This document shows, one piece after another, positions 50,326 to 64,000 of a stretch of DNA of 64,000 nt (position 1 is the first letter of the stretch; every line of letters starts with the position of its first letter). Below the pieces are notes generated by a model that saw only the letters and a list, made by a program, of their open reading frames with translations, did no database searches and was not told where the DNA came from. The translations under genes were made by a program, and so were the position numbers. The stretch is from Chiloscyllium plagiosum (Eukaryota), in the NCBI RefSeq assembly GCF_004010195.1, contig NC_057758.1:5216972-5280971 (forward strand), written 5' to 3'.

Positions 50326-53300
50326 CTGAAAGTTGCCACCCAGGTTGATACTGTTGTTACAAAGGCATACGGTGTGTTAGGTTTTCATTGGTAGAAGGAT
50401 TGAGTTCCAGAGCCGCATTGTCATGCTGCAATTACGCAAAATGCCAGTGCGGCTGCACTTGTAATATTGTGTACAGTTCTGGTTGCCAAATTTCGGGAAG
50501 GATGTGGAAGCATTGGAAAAAGGTGCAGAGGAGATTTCCCAGGGTGTTACTTGGTCTGGAAGGAAGGTCTTATGAGGAAAGGCTGAGAGACCTAGGTCTG
50601 TTCACATTGGAAAGGAGAAGGCTAAGAGGGGATTTGATAGAGATACACAAGATGATCGAGTATTAGATAGGGTAAACAGTGAAAGTCTTTTTTAAGCTAA
50701 TGACGTCAGCTTGTACGAGAGGGCATAACTACAAATTGAGGGGAGGTACATTTAAGACAGATGTCAGAGACAGGTTCTTTACGCAGAGAGTGGTAAGAGC
50801 GTCGAATGTCCTGCTTGCCAATGTAGTTAACTCTGCCACATTGGGGAGATTTAACCAATCCTTGTATAAACACATGGATTATTTTGGGGTGGTGTAGGGG
50901 GATGAGCTGAGAATAATTCACAGGTCGGCGCAACATTGAGGGCCAAAGGGCCTGTTCTGCACTGTATTGTTCTATGTTTTATTTTCTAAGTCCATTGGTG
51001 TGAAATTGGCTAAACCAGCTCGAATCCCTTGAGATATCCTGGGCCGAAGTTTTCCTTCATTGTGGAGATATTGGCTAGCTGACTAACTCAGCACTCAGTT
51101 TGAGATGCAACCTGGACCTGCATCATGGCCCGGGGGGGAGTGAGATGTGGTTCATTTCATCCACCACCATGAATCACATTGGCTGGCGTGGCCTATTATA
51201 CAGCTTTAGCTTTTATTTCCCTGCTCTGGGTGCATGGTTAGTGGAGATGATCACTCATCTGACACCGGGAATGAAATTGGCTAATCCAGCGCTCAGCCCA
51301 AGATTCAACCTGGGCTACATAACCCTGATCTGTGGGGTTCAACTCGCCCTCGATCAACAGTAAATCCCTGGCTCAGGATTTGGATCCGAGGGCGAAATTT
51401 TCCCACACTGTGCTTCTCGATTCATCCCAGATCATCGAGCGAGAGATCAGTGTAGGAATCTGCCCCAGAATAGAGCCTGGGACTCTCCTGCTCTGTGTGC
51501 ACCTGCATCTTGCTGGGAGGGTGAGGAATCTTGGTTTCACATTATTATATCAGATCAACTAACACTCGGCCCAAAACGAAGCCCAAGTTTATGTTTCCTT
51601 ACATTGTGGGTTTTGGTCAGTTCCAGGAGAAAAAGTCAGGAAAACTGGCGGATGAGTATATTGATCTGGGATACCTGGTCTACATCAAAGCAGAGGATCA
51701 GTCTGTTTATTTCCAAGTATTACTGAGTTTTGCTGCTTTTGTTTAGGAATGAGATTGGTAATCTCTGCAGCATTAAGGCAAAATGGAAGCTGGAACTTCC
51801 GTGCAAGGCACAACATGTTTGTGGGGCCTATCAGTCCCAGATCTGGTGAAGGATCAGCAAGCACAGGCCTGAGACTGAGCCTGCTCCTAAATCTCCCGGT
51901 CTGGGTCTCCAGAAGTCCCGCATTGGGTGGAATTATTAAATTCAGTGCTATACTTGTAATGGAGCGTGAGGCATAAGTTTCTCTGCATGGGGCTTCAAAC
52001 TTCCAACATTAAATCATAGAATCCTTTTGGGTGGAAACAGATCCTTCGGCCTAAAAAGTCTACACTGATTCTCTAACAGTATCTCACCCAGACCCATGCC
52101 CGTCACCTCTTGCTCTATATTTAATCTGACTAATGCACCTGACCCGCTCGTCCCTGAACTCTATGAGCAGTTCACCTACTCTCCATATCTTTGGACTGGG
52201 GAGGAACCGGAGGAATCCCACGCAAGACACATGCAAATTCCACACAGACAGTCACCTGAAGCTGGAATCGAACCTGGCTTCCTGGCGCCTTGAAGGCAGC
52301 AGTCCAACCACCGTGCCACCTTACCACTGAGCCGTCATGCCACATGGGGCCGAATTGTTAAATTCAGAACTAGGTCCAAGGTCGAGGCAGAGGCCCACAT
52401 TTCCCAACATGGGGCTCGAACATCCCACACTGGGTGAAATTGGGAAAATCAGTGCTAGGCCGTGGATGGAGAAATGCGAGTTGTTCCTGCGCATCTCAAG
52501 ATGGGAGGAGGATTTAGTTCCTGGCCAAACAATAATTCCAGGAATAATATAAATGATTAAGGGCAGAGATTAATCGCTTAAAACCCTGGAATAATAAAGG
52601 TGAAAGCACAATGCTGTACGACAGGCCACCCAACAGCCAGCGGGAGACAGAGGAGAGAACATGTCGACAGGTCTTGGAAACATTAGCAGGGTTGCTGTTT
52701 TGAGTGATTTTCATTTCCCGTATATTGACTGGGACTCATTATGTGCTTGGGGCTTGGATGGTGCAGATTTTGTAAGGATCATTCAAGAGGGATTCTTGAC
52801 ACGATATGTAAACAGTCCGACCAGGGAAGGGATTATATGGGACCTAGTTCTGAGATATGAGCCCGGCCAGGTGAGTGAAGTTTCAGTGAGGGGGCTCTTC
52901 GGGAGTAGTGACCATAATACCGTGAGTTTTAAGAAGCTTAAGGATTATCAGCCCTCAGGTGAAGGCCTAAGATTAGGTGAATAGGAACTGCAACAAGGCA
53001 GGAGCTGGAGAGTTATGATCGGAGGGTGCTGTTTGAGTGTAAATCTACATCAGACATGTGGGAGCATTTCAAACAGCAGTTGATAATAGTTCAGGAGCAG
53101 CACGTTCCTGGGTGAATGAGGGATGCATATCGCACGATACGTGAACCTCAGGTGACCAGGGATGTTAAGACAATGGCCAGAAAGAGAAAGAAAGCCTTCC
53201 TCAGTTTGAATTTGGAGATGCCAGTGTTGGACAGTGGTGTATAAACTTAAAAATCACACAATAGTCCAACAGGTTTAATTGGTAGCATGAGCTTTCTGCG

Positions 53301-54417
53301 CACTGCTCCTTCATCAGCTAGTTGTGGAATATAAGATCGTAGGACACAGATTTTATAGCAAAAGTTTACAGCGTGATGTAACTGGACTTATGTATTGAAG
53401 GAGACCTGCATTGTCAAATCTCTCATCTTTTCGAATGGGCATGTTGGTGTCTGTTCTTTCATATGTAAATTAAAGAACTTTCTTAAAGTTACATTCTCAA
53501 GTGAACTTTAACCCTCGGTGCCATGTTGGCTCAGATAATGCATTGAAGGTGGGAGGTGTCCTGCGTGAGGCTGTCTGTGCCCCAGTGTTCATACTGATTG
53601 TAACCTAAAAAAAGGGATTTACAGAATCTTACATGGGTTTAACTGTTTTTGAGCAAAATAAAAGGTAATTCCTCCAGGACAAATTCACCCCACAAACTTA
53701 TATGTGTGTGTGTGCATGTGGGTGTGGGAGTGGGTGGAGAGGGGTTATGAGTGTCTGTGAGAGAGTGCGTGTATGTGTATGTGTGTGCGTGAGTGTACCG
53801 GGGTATAAGTCAGAGAGACCGTGCTTGTGTGAGCGTGGGAGTACATGTGTGAGCTTATAAGAGAGGGTATGCGTGAGTGAATGGGTCTGCAGGCGTGCGT
53901 GTTTGTCTTTAGTAGTGTCTGTCTGTGATAGTGTGTGTGTGATTGTGTGTGTGTATGTATGTGTGTGCGTGTGTGTGCGTGTGTGTGTGTGTATAGTGCA
54001 GTGGGGTCACCTGTCGGGTGAAATAAACCCAAGTTCCCGGTTGAGGCCATTTCCCTGAATATGTGTCAGGTAATAATGTGACTCGGCCACCATTGTCTCT
54101 TTCTTACAAGTCAAGGCAGGCAAGGATGCCCTGAGACATGGTACATTGGTGAGACCAAGCAGAGGCTACGGCAATGGATGAATGGGCACCACACAGCAAT
54201 CAACAGACAGGAGTGTTCCCTTCCAGTCGGAGAATACTTCAGCGGTCTGGGACATTCGATCACAGACCTTCGGGTGACCATCCTCAAAGGCAGACTTCGG
54301 GACAGGCAACAATGAAACGTGGGTGAGCACAGGCTTACAGCCAAGTTCAGTCCCAATGGAGATGGCCTTAACTGGAACCTTGGATTTATGTCACACTACA
54401 GGTGACCCCACTACACA

Positions 54418-54471
<54 letters not shown>

Positions 54472-55746
54472 GGGGTGAACTTGCACTTGCAGAATTACAT
54501 TTTATTTTGCTCAAAACGGCTTAAATCCATGTAAGATTCTGTAGATATCTTTTTTAGATTAGTGTCAGTCTGAAAACTGGGGCACAGACAGCCTCACAGG
54601 TGGATCCTCACATCTTCAATGTATTATCTGGGCCAACATGACAAGGTTCGTTTGAGAATATAACTTCAAGAAAGTTCTGGGATTTTCATATGAAAGAACT
54701 GAAACCAACATGTCCATTCTAAAAGATGACAGACTTAACAAACAATCTAAGTCTTATTCAATAAATAATTTCAGTTAAATCACAGTGCAAACTTTTGCAA
54801 TAAATTCTTTGTCTTTCAATCTTATTCTCCACAATAACCTGATGAAGGAGCAGTGCGCAGAAAACTTTTGCTTCCAAATAAACCTGGTGTTGTGTGATTT
54901 TTCACTTCTAAGGTTTAGGAGGATGGGAAATGCCAAAGCCCTCGAAGCAAAGAAGGAAAGTAGGAAAGAACTTATACAAGGAATTAAAAGGGCTTAAATG
55001 GGTCATGAAAATTAATTAGCAAACAGGATTAAGGAGAATCCCAAGGCCTTTTCTTTTAAAAAAAAAGCAAGGACGCAACCAGGGAAAGAGTTCACCCACT
55101 CAAGGACAAAGGAATGAAATTATGTGTAGAGTCAGAAGAGGTAGGTGAGGCCCAAACGAATAATTTATGTCGGTACACACCAAGGAGAACGAATTGGTGG
55201 ATGATGATCTCAGGGAGGGGAATGGGGAATTTCTCAGCGAAGTTACTGTTAAAAAGGAAGAGCTGTTTTGCATTTTAAAACATATTAAAGTAGACAAAAT
55301 CCCAGGTCCTGATGGGATCTGTCCCAGAATATTGAGGGAGGCAAGAGAACAAATTACTGGAGTATTGACAGACATCGTTTTATCATCTTTGGCCATAGGT
55401 GATGTCCCAAAGGACTGGTGAATAACTGACGGCCTATACAGGCAGTTAATACATGTGATATTTCATAAATTCTATTTTGGAAATATAACTAGTCTGACAC
55501 AAGGTTGGGATACATGCAGACTCTGACCTGACACCTTTGATGCATTGTCTGAGCTGAGATGTCACCATTTGTTACAAAACCTAAAGTTATCTCGATAAGG
55601 TGGCTAAAAGAAGTTCTGGGATTTACATATTAATGAACTGAAACTTGCAAACCATTCTAAAACATGAAAGACTTAGCAATCCAGGTTTGTACAATGTTTT
55701 ATGACATTTTATAAATTCTGTGTCTTATGATCTTTTACTCCACAAC

Positions 55747-55781
55747 CACCTGATGAAGGAGCATCGCTCTGAAAGCTAGTG
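55747..55781 (+). ncRNA. Minimal type I hammerhead ribozyme motif in a Penelope terminus
   Basis: CAC-CUGAUGA-A-GGAGC-AUC-GCUCU-GAAA-G-CUA-GUG. Confidence 0.7.
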
Positions 55782-58427
55782 CTTCCTAATAAACCTGTTG
55801 GAGTATAATTTGGTGTTGTGTGATTTTTAACATTGTCCACCCTAGTCCAAAACTAGCTATTCACATCGTCCCACCATGTAAGAAGGACCTCAAGGATAAA
55901 CCAGGAAATTACAGCCTATGTGTCTCACATCGATGGGAGGCGAATTATTGGGAAAGATTCTCTGGGACACGGTCTACATGTATTTCGAAACAACCAAACT
56001 GGATAGTGATAGACATCATGGTTTTGTGCAGGGGAGGTCATGCAACACAAAATCGATCGGGTTTTTTGAGGAGGTAACGAAGATGATTGATGAGGGGAAC
56101 GCAGTTGATGTTGTCCACATGGACTTCAGTAAAGCCTTTGACAAGGTCCCTCATGGTAGATTGTCATAAAGGGGAAGTCACATTGTTTTAGGGGAGAGCT
56201 GACAAGGCACATATAGAACTGCCACAGTCATGGGAGACAGAAGGTAGCTGTGGAAGTTACTTTTCAGAATGGATGATCGTGACCTTATAGAGGTTTATAT
56301 AACAATGAGGGGCATGGATAGGATAAATAGACAAAGTTTTTTTACTCTGGAGTCGGAGAGTATAGAACTAGAGGGCACACGTTTAGGGTGAGAGGGGAAA
56401 AGTGTAAAAGAGATCTCAGGGGCAACTTTTCACACAGAAGGTGGCGCGTATGTGGAATGAGCTGCCAGAGGAAGTGGTGGAGGCTGGTTCGTGACAGAAT
56501 TTAAAAGGCATCTGGATGGGTTAACGAATAAGAAGTGTTTGGAGGGATATGGCAGAAGTGGGTATTGCAAATGCTGGAGATTTGAGTCAAGATTAGAGCG
56601 ATGTTGTGTTTTTCCAGCACCACTCTAATCTTGGAGAGATAGTGGCCGGGTGCTGATAGGTGAGACGAGATCGGGTTGGGATATCAGGTCAGCATCGACA
56701 ATTTGGACCGAAGGGTCTGTTTCTGTGCTGCACATTTCTATGACTCTATGATCAGTGGTGTTCCATCGGGATCAGTGCTGGGACCACAGTTATTCGTGAT
56801 CAAGATAAATAATTTGGAGGGAAATGTAACTGATCTGTTTAGTAAGTTTGCAGATGATACAAAGGTCAGTGGAGTTGCGGATAGTGGGGAGGATAGTCAG
56901 AAGATGCAGCAGGATATTTATCAGTTGGAGACATGGGCAGAAAAATGGCAGGTGACGTTTAATCTTCCAAATGTGATATGATGTATCTTGTAAGGCCACG
57001 TACAGGTGGAAATTATCCAGTGAATGTCAGAACGCTTAACAGTATTGACATGCAGGGATGTCTGGGTGTGAAGTTCTACAGATCATTGAAGGTAGCAGTG
57101 CAGGTAGATAAGGCAGTAAAAAAAGGCTTATAGCGTGTTGACTTTAGTGCAAGACGCAGTGAGTATAAGGGTCAGGAAATTATGCTGTAGCTTTATAGAA
57201 CATTAGTTCGGCCACACGTGGAATGATGCTCCCGATTCTGGTCACCACACTACCAGGATGTGGATCCTTTGGAGAGGGTGCACTAAAGGTTTACCAGGAT
57301 GTTGCCGAGTGTGGAAGATTGTAGCTTTGAAGATAGGTTGTCTCAAGTGGGTTTGTTTTCACTCGTTCATAGGAGGTTCAGGGACGATCTCAGAGAAATT
57401 TCCAGGATTGTGAATGGCGTGGATAGAGTGGAAAGTATGAGGCTTTTTCCCAGGGCAGAACGGTCAATTACTCGGGGACGCAGGTTCAAGGTGTGATGAG
57501 GGGAAGTTCAAAAAGAGATGCTCAAGACGAGGTTTTGACACCAGGGGTGGGGAGTGGAACACATTGCCAGAGGGGGTGATGGAAGCACTTTTATGAAACA
57601 ACAAGCACCTGGGTTAACACATAACTAGGAAGGGAGTGGAGGGATACTGATCCGGTAAGTGAAGACAGCTTTAGTAAGGAAGAGCAAAATGTGGCGGTGC
57701 AGGCTTGAAGGGCCTGTTCTTGTTCTATGTTGTTCTTTGAGATGTAATAAGATTGAGGTCAAGAAGAGAGATGGCTTCATTAGCTAATCCGACTGACAGA
57801 TTGTAAGATCTCCCAAGGGTCTCATTCATTGAGTCCATATTTGACATTTGCCAAAACATAAACAACATTCATAGTGAATTGCACTGTCATTTCCCTCTTC
57901 TGGAAACAGACGTCATGCTGCATTACATAAAATGTCCTGGTCTAGGACTGGGGATCACAGTGCATTAAATACATTATCCTTTCCCCACTCTGCGACTGGG
58001 GCCATGGTGCATTAGATACACTGTCCATACTCTGGGACCGGGGATCACAATGTGTTAGACACACTGTCCTTCTCCCGCTCAGGGACCGGGGTCACGGTCC
58101 ATTAGAAATACTGTCCTTTCCCCTCTCTGGCACCACTGTATGAGGACGGCTAATGAAACAGAAAAAGTGACAGATGGTGGCATTGCTGCAGATAGATCAT
58201 TTTACCCAACGGGGAATATAAAACAGAGAGAACAAATAAGGATGGACAGAGCATGTGAGACACAGAAAGAGGTCGTGATCCACAGAGCAGGAGCCAGTGA
58301 GAGGACAGTGACAGACTGTGAGACAGAAAGAAAGGGGAGAGAGAGAAAGATAGACAACTATTGAGAGAGAGAGAGAGAGAAGGTCAGAGAGAAAAAGGAA
58401 GAGGTACTGTGACAGTGATCAAGACAG

Positions 58428-59088
58428 TGTTACGAACAGAGGTGAACCCTTCTGTTATTTAAACCAAACAACATGAAAAGCTTTTCTCGCTTCATAATCT
58501 GTTAAAATAGGAGTGACAGAGAACTCCTAAATTCCACTATTTAAAGAAAGTAACATCAATCTTTTTTTCAGCTCTAAAAGTGAACATTAAACGATTATTC
58601 ATAACTCTAACCACCCCACTTCTTTTAAATGCTTACTGTCTGGCTCCACTTCTATAACTATATAGTGTTCCAATAAGGTACTTAATTAAATTACATCAAT
58701 TTAATTTAAAGACCACACAGCGACTGTCTTCTTTCGTGTCTTTCTTCTACTGGCTGAGAATCTCCCTCAGTCATCCTCTTTTATGTTTCACATGGAAATG
58801 CATCGGATCATCCCATTGGTTCAATGCTGGCAAAACAATAAATTCAAACTCAATTGGGTTTTAGTATCCTGGGGGAGAATTTAAACTTTTTGGTTAAATT
58901 CGAATTGTTGTCAAAACAGCAACCAAAACTCAGGTATCCATGTCACAGCCAAATATTATATATTTTCAAATTTCCAGTACAATCTGGCACTGCCACCTAA
59001 TCATATAGACAGGTGCTTACAAGCTCTCGGTTCAGTACAACATTCTCTCTCTCTAAAAGGTACAGCACATGCCTTCAATTTCATAGCA
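58428..59088 (-). mobile_element. Solo LTR (mirror of 14928-15589) with ACAG TSD
   Basis: TGTTACGAA...TTCATAGCA; ACAG on both flanks. Confidence 0.88.
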
Positions 59089-62000
59089 ACAGACAAAGAG
59101 TGAAGGTTTGAAATAGTGACCGCAACAGAGAGAGAAAGACTTAGTGATTGAAACAGATTGGGGATACGCAGAGAGAAAAATAAAGTCATAGAGATGTCCA
59201 GCATGGAAACAGACCCTTAAGCACAGCTCGTCCATGCTGGCCAGATATCCCAACACAATGTAGTCCCACTTGCCAACACCCGGCCCATATGCCTCCAATC
59301 CCCTTCCTATTCATATACCCATCCAAATGCCTCTTGAATGTTGCAATTGCACTAGCCTCCACCACTTCCTCTGGCAGCTCATTCCGTACACGTACCACAC
59401 TCTGCGTGAAAATGTTGCCCCTTAGGTCTCTTTTGTATTTTCTCCTCTCACCCGAAACCTATACCCTCTAATTTCGGACTCCCTCATCCCAGAAAAAAGA
59501 CTTTGTCTATTTATCCTCTCCATGCCCCTCATAATTTTGTAAATCTGTGTAGGTCACCCCTCAGCCTCCGATGCTCCAGATCACAAACCAGTAAGATTTG
59601 CTGCTGCCTGTTTGCTGTGTTCTCATCTCCAGGCTCTCCATGTGTAATGAGCTGTATTATGTAACTGTCCGGGATTCACTGCCTCATTTCACCCTATACC
59701 CCGTGTCCCAGCCTTTGCCCATGGGAAATGAGTACGCATGCAGCCTGGGGATCTGGACTCCATCCCAGGTCAGCTCAGGCCAGGAAGCAGCGATGGTGGA
59801 ATCTGGCCTTTTGAGATCCCTGTCAGAACAACACTGGCACTATTGTTCCCGGGGGGGAGAGAGAAAGAGAGACATGAGACAGAAATGCAGGTATTGAAAG
59901 AGAGAGATGGACAGAGAGACACATTTTATAGGATGGAAACAGACCATTGTTCCACCTATTCTATCCTGATCATAATCCGAATATAAACGAGTCTGACCTG
60001 CCTGCTTCTGGCCCATATCCCTCAAATCTTTCCGAGTCATATGTCCTCCCAAAGGTCTTTTAAAGTTTGTCATTTTAACTACTTCTACCATTTCATCAGA
60101 AAGTTCTCTCTGTATAAAGAAAAGTTGCCTCTGATGTATTTTATACATCTCTCACCTTAACCTTAACAAAGTGCTCCCCGTCTTGAAATTCCCCATTTAA
60201 GTAAAAGATAACTACCATCAACTACATCTATGTCCTTCATTGTTTTATGTCAGGTCTCCTCTCAACCTCCTTTGTTCAAGTGAAAAATGTCCCAGCACTC
60301 TCTAGCCTTTTGTTTTAACTCAAACGTTCCGTATCTGGCAGACTCCTGGTAATTATCTTCTGAACCTTCTCTAGCGTGATAATATCGTTCCAATAACTGG
60401 GCGACCAGAACTGGATTTCTGGTCCAGTAATGAAGGAAAGTGTGCCAAAAAAAAATTAACCATCCTGTCCATGTGTGGCACAAACTTTAAAGAATTATGT
60501 ACCTGGCCCCCAAGGTCCCTCTGTTCAACAACACTACCCAAGGCCCTACCCATGAATTGTATGAGATCTATCCTTGTTTGTTGTACCAAAACGCAAAACC
60601 TCACATTAATCGAGAGAGAGGGACTGTCAGAGAGCTCAAGACAGGCAGAGAGCGAAGGATAGAAATGGTGTGTCTGTGTGTACGTGCGTGTGTGAGAGAG
60701 AGAGAGAGTCAAGGCACTTTGTGATTGAGAGACAGCTGGGAAAATAGAAACAGCCGGGGGAGTAACAGACAAACACAGATCACAGATGTTTGTGTCTTGC
60801 TATTGCGTCTCTGGAGTGTGGTGCCCCACCTGCCTGGACGGATGCTGCTCCGACAACATTTAAGAAGCTTGACACCGACCAGGCCTGCTAAATTAGCACT
60901 ATATCCACTCCCTCCATCATTGACACTCAGAAGCAATAGTGGGTACTACGCACAAGATGTACTGCAGAAAGTCATGAATGATTCTCAGACAGTAACTTCC
61001 AAATTCATAACCTCTTCCATCTAGAATGGTAAGGGAACCAGATACATGGGAACATCACCGACTTCAAGCTCCCATGCAAGACACTGATCATTCTGACTTG
61101 GAAATATATCAGCCATTCATTCAGTGTCGCTGGGTTACAAAGTGTGGTGTACTCAGTCCAGACAATCACAAAAGCCAACGTCCCTTCTGTAGAATCCATC
61201 TACCAGGCCCACTGTCAAGGAAAGGCCGCCAGCATTCTCAAAGATCCATCCCAACCTGTTAATGTTTTCTATACCCGCTAGCATCGAGGAGAACCTACAG
61301 AAGCCTGCATACCAGCACCAGCCGGTTTCGAAACATTTTCTACGCCACTGTTGTTAGAATCCTTAATGTTTACTCAAACTTTTAACATTTGCCTGGACCT
61401 GTGTTTCTGTTTTTGCAGCTGTTTACCAATTATTTACTTATCTATGCAACTAAATTACGTGATCCGCCTGTATTGCTCGCAAGATAAAGATTTTTACAGT
61501 TCCTTGGTACACGTGACAATAAATTCAATTCAATTCAATTCCAATCCTCGAATTTCCTCACTAAGGACATTGTGGGTTAACCTATAGCACATCGAGTGCA
61601 GCTGTTCAAGACAGCAACTTACCCCCTAATTCTCAAGGGCAATTAGGAATGGAGAATGTATACTTGCTGAGCATACAATGCTTATGTACCATGAGAGAAG
61701 TTTTAAAAATGATGATAATGGGTATCAGATTAAAAAGAAGGATGAGGAGGAATTATTCTCTCAAGTGTTCGCAAAAGGATGGAATTCACTTCCAACAGTT
61801 TGGTGGATGACAGGATATTGAATAGGTTGAAAGGACGACACAGACAGATTTCTAATTTGTACCTGATTGAAGGTTTATGATGGATAGGCAAAAAAGTGGT
61901 GTTAAGGCCGAGATGAGATCAGCCATGGTCAAGTGGAGGAGCAGGCTGGAGAGGTTGAAGTGCTCACTCATCCTCCTTAACGTCATGTTCCTACAGTCGT

Positions 62001-63174
62001 ATGTAGGTGAAATGTAGAGGAATGGAGATGGAGCTTTTTTCCTAATTGTTCAATGGTTTAATCTTGTATTGCCCAACTCCAGGGAAAGCTGAGATCCAGC
62101 TGGTGAGGGCTGATTGGATGAGCTCTAAGTTGTGAATCAGTAATATGTTTGAGAAACAAACCTCGGGACGTATAGGCGTTCCAAAAAGGACTGTGAATTA
62201 TGTTAGGTGTGTACATGAGCCATTACAATAGATGTAAAGTACAGAAATGCTCCTCCCCATTTGATTAAAAGCTGTCCCTCAATGCTACCTCTCAGATTAA
62301 CTTCAGACAAATGTTTCAATCGAAAGAAACACTTAATTCCACATCTTGGCACCCTTCAGCTTTATATGAAACTGCTCCTGGATTCATTGATCTGGATGAT
62401 TGAACACAGAGGGTTAGCAGGATGCACAGCCCCACATGTACAAAGGAATAATGTGGATGTGCTGGGGTGGATAACCTCGATGAATTGCTTAATTTACAAA
62501 CAAATCAATATTTTCACTGAGCTCCAAATCAGAATCGCGCACTCGCAGCAGGCAGTTTGAGCCCTCTAGTGACTAGCCTCACTGCTGGCCAATGGGAAAC
62601 CCTGGAAGACCGGAAGAAAGCTGGTTCTCCAGCCAATCAGCGCTCCCCTATTATCTGAATGCGGAATTCGGACAATAAAGCTGCTGATTGGTTCCCAGAG
62701 AAGGTGCTGCTGCACCTCATCTCTCTCTGAATGACGATGGAGACTCACCCACACTGAACCATACTCCTGTGGAAGATCATCTGGGAGCATTTTATTATTT
62801 TCATGTTCTTTTCACATTCGTGCTTAAATTGATGACTTGCAAGGATTGCACGTTCGGGAAGTGAATCTAGGGAAGGGGACTGTTTCTGGAAAGTGATGTA
62901 TCCCGCTCTGTAAAAGACAGTGACATCGATTACTGTACTGAGGAAGAGTCCCTCGACTTGAAACTTTAAAATGTGATTTCTCTTCACTGATTATGCCAAA
63001 CCCGCTGAGCCTTTCCAGCAATTTCTACTTATGCTGGTGACATTTTTTCCTCACTCAGCCTGGCACATTCTGGCTAACAGAATGACTCCCTGTCTTAATG
63101 TTCACAATTAAAAGGAGGGATTTCCAGGCAAGAGCTGACATGTGATGAGCATTAAATTAAAATCAGATTGAGTT

Positions 63175-64000
63175 ATAGAGTCATACAGTCATATAAATGT
63201 CCAACCCATCCATGCCGACCAGGCATCCCAACCCAATCTAGTCCCACCTGCCAGCACCAGAACCTCATCTCTCCAAACCCTTTCTATTCATATACGCATC
63301 CAACTGCCTTTTAAATGTTGTAATTGTACCAGCCTCCACCACTTCCTCTGACAGCTCATTCCATACACGTACCACCCTCTGTATGAAAACGTTGCTCCTT
63401 AGGTGTCTTTTATATCTTTGCTCTCTCGACCTAAACCTATGCCCTTTAGTTCTGGACTCGCCAATCACATGGAAAAATACTTTGTCTATTTATCCTATAT
63501 ATGCACCTCATCATTTTGTAAATCTCTGTGAGGTCACCCGTCAGCCTCCGGTGCACCAGGGAATACAGCCCCAGACTGTTCAGCTTCGCCCTATACCTCA
63601 AGTCCTCCAAACCTGGCAATATCCTTGTAAAACTTTTCTGAACCGTTTCAAGTTTCACAACATCTTTCCGATAGGATGGAGACCAGATTTGCAATTTTCG
63701 AACAGAAGCCTAACCAATGTCCTGTATAGCCGCAACACGACCTCCCAATTCCTGTCCTCAATACTCTGTCCAATAAAGGGAAGCATACGAAATGCCTTCT
63801 TCACTATCTCTCTACCAGCGACTCCACCTTCAATGTGCTATGAAACTGCACTCCAAGTCTTCCTTGTTCAGTCACACTCCTTAGGATCTTACCGTTAAGT
63901 GAAGAAGTCTTGCTAACTAGTCCCTTGTACTTACTAACTATACCTCTTATGCTCACATCTAAATCATTTATATAAATGACGAAAACTACTGGACGCTGCA
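63175..64000 (-). mobile_element. CR1 LINE 3' fragment (mirror of 9954-10765)
   Basis: ORFs 63265-63468 and 63446-63694 carry CR1 motifs. Confidence 0.92.

Larger units (their letters stand above)
38832..64000 (-). repeat. Right arm of the large inverted duplication (includes a 6.3-kb block absent from the left arm); probably extends past the window
   Basis: Reverse complement of 9954-29084; match continues to the last base of the window. Confidence 0.97.

Noticed and set aside
53745..54058. His/Thr- and Cys/Val-rich ORFs
   Set aside because: Translations of (CA)n/(TG)n tracts in Penelope termini.
9954..64000. Similar ORFs in both halves taken as evidence of coding constraint
   Set aside because: Follows trivially from the 86-98% identical duplication.

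Overview
Eukaryotic, repeat-dominated genomic DNA. The repeat families (CR1 LINE 3' ends, HE1-like tRNA SINEs, abundant Penelope-like elements) point to a cartilaginous fish, probably an orectolobiform shark; this is inference. I recognise no intact host protein-coding gene, and nearly all long ORFs in the track are fragments of decayed retroelements. Contents: (1) a decayed class I (gammaretrovirus/HERV-I-like) endogenous retrovirus on the minus strand at 1-6601 (5' LTR, PBS, gag with TAG-readthrough signal, pro-pol, start of env), abutting a 54-bp minisatellite. (2) A very large inverted duplication, 9954-29084 versus 64000-38832. It runs into a 500-N gap on one side and off the window on the other, and is about 86-92% identical by hand-counted blocks, with an inner tract of about 97-98%. 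(3) An older paralogy (66% in one counted block) between about 7200-11370 and 38175-42140, so each arm is itself an ancient inverted duplication. One non-TE-rich unit is therefore present four times in alternating orientation. (4) An unclassified LTR-like element with a decayed GC-rich ORF inside its ~1 kb LTR-like segment. (5) A Gmr1-type gypsy remnant, solo LTRs, Tx1/L1, RTE, Rex1/Babar and L2 fragments, and Penelope elements carrying minimal hammerhead ribozymes. The best leads are architectural (nested palindrome, conversion-like tract, cryptic conserved unit). I cannot demonstrate a new functional system from sequence alone.
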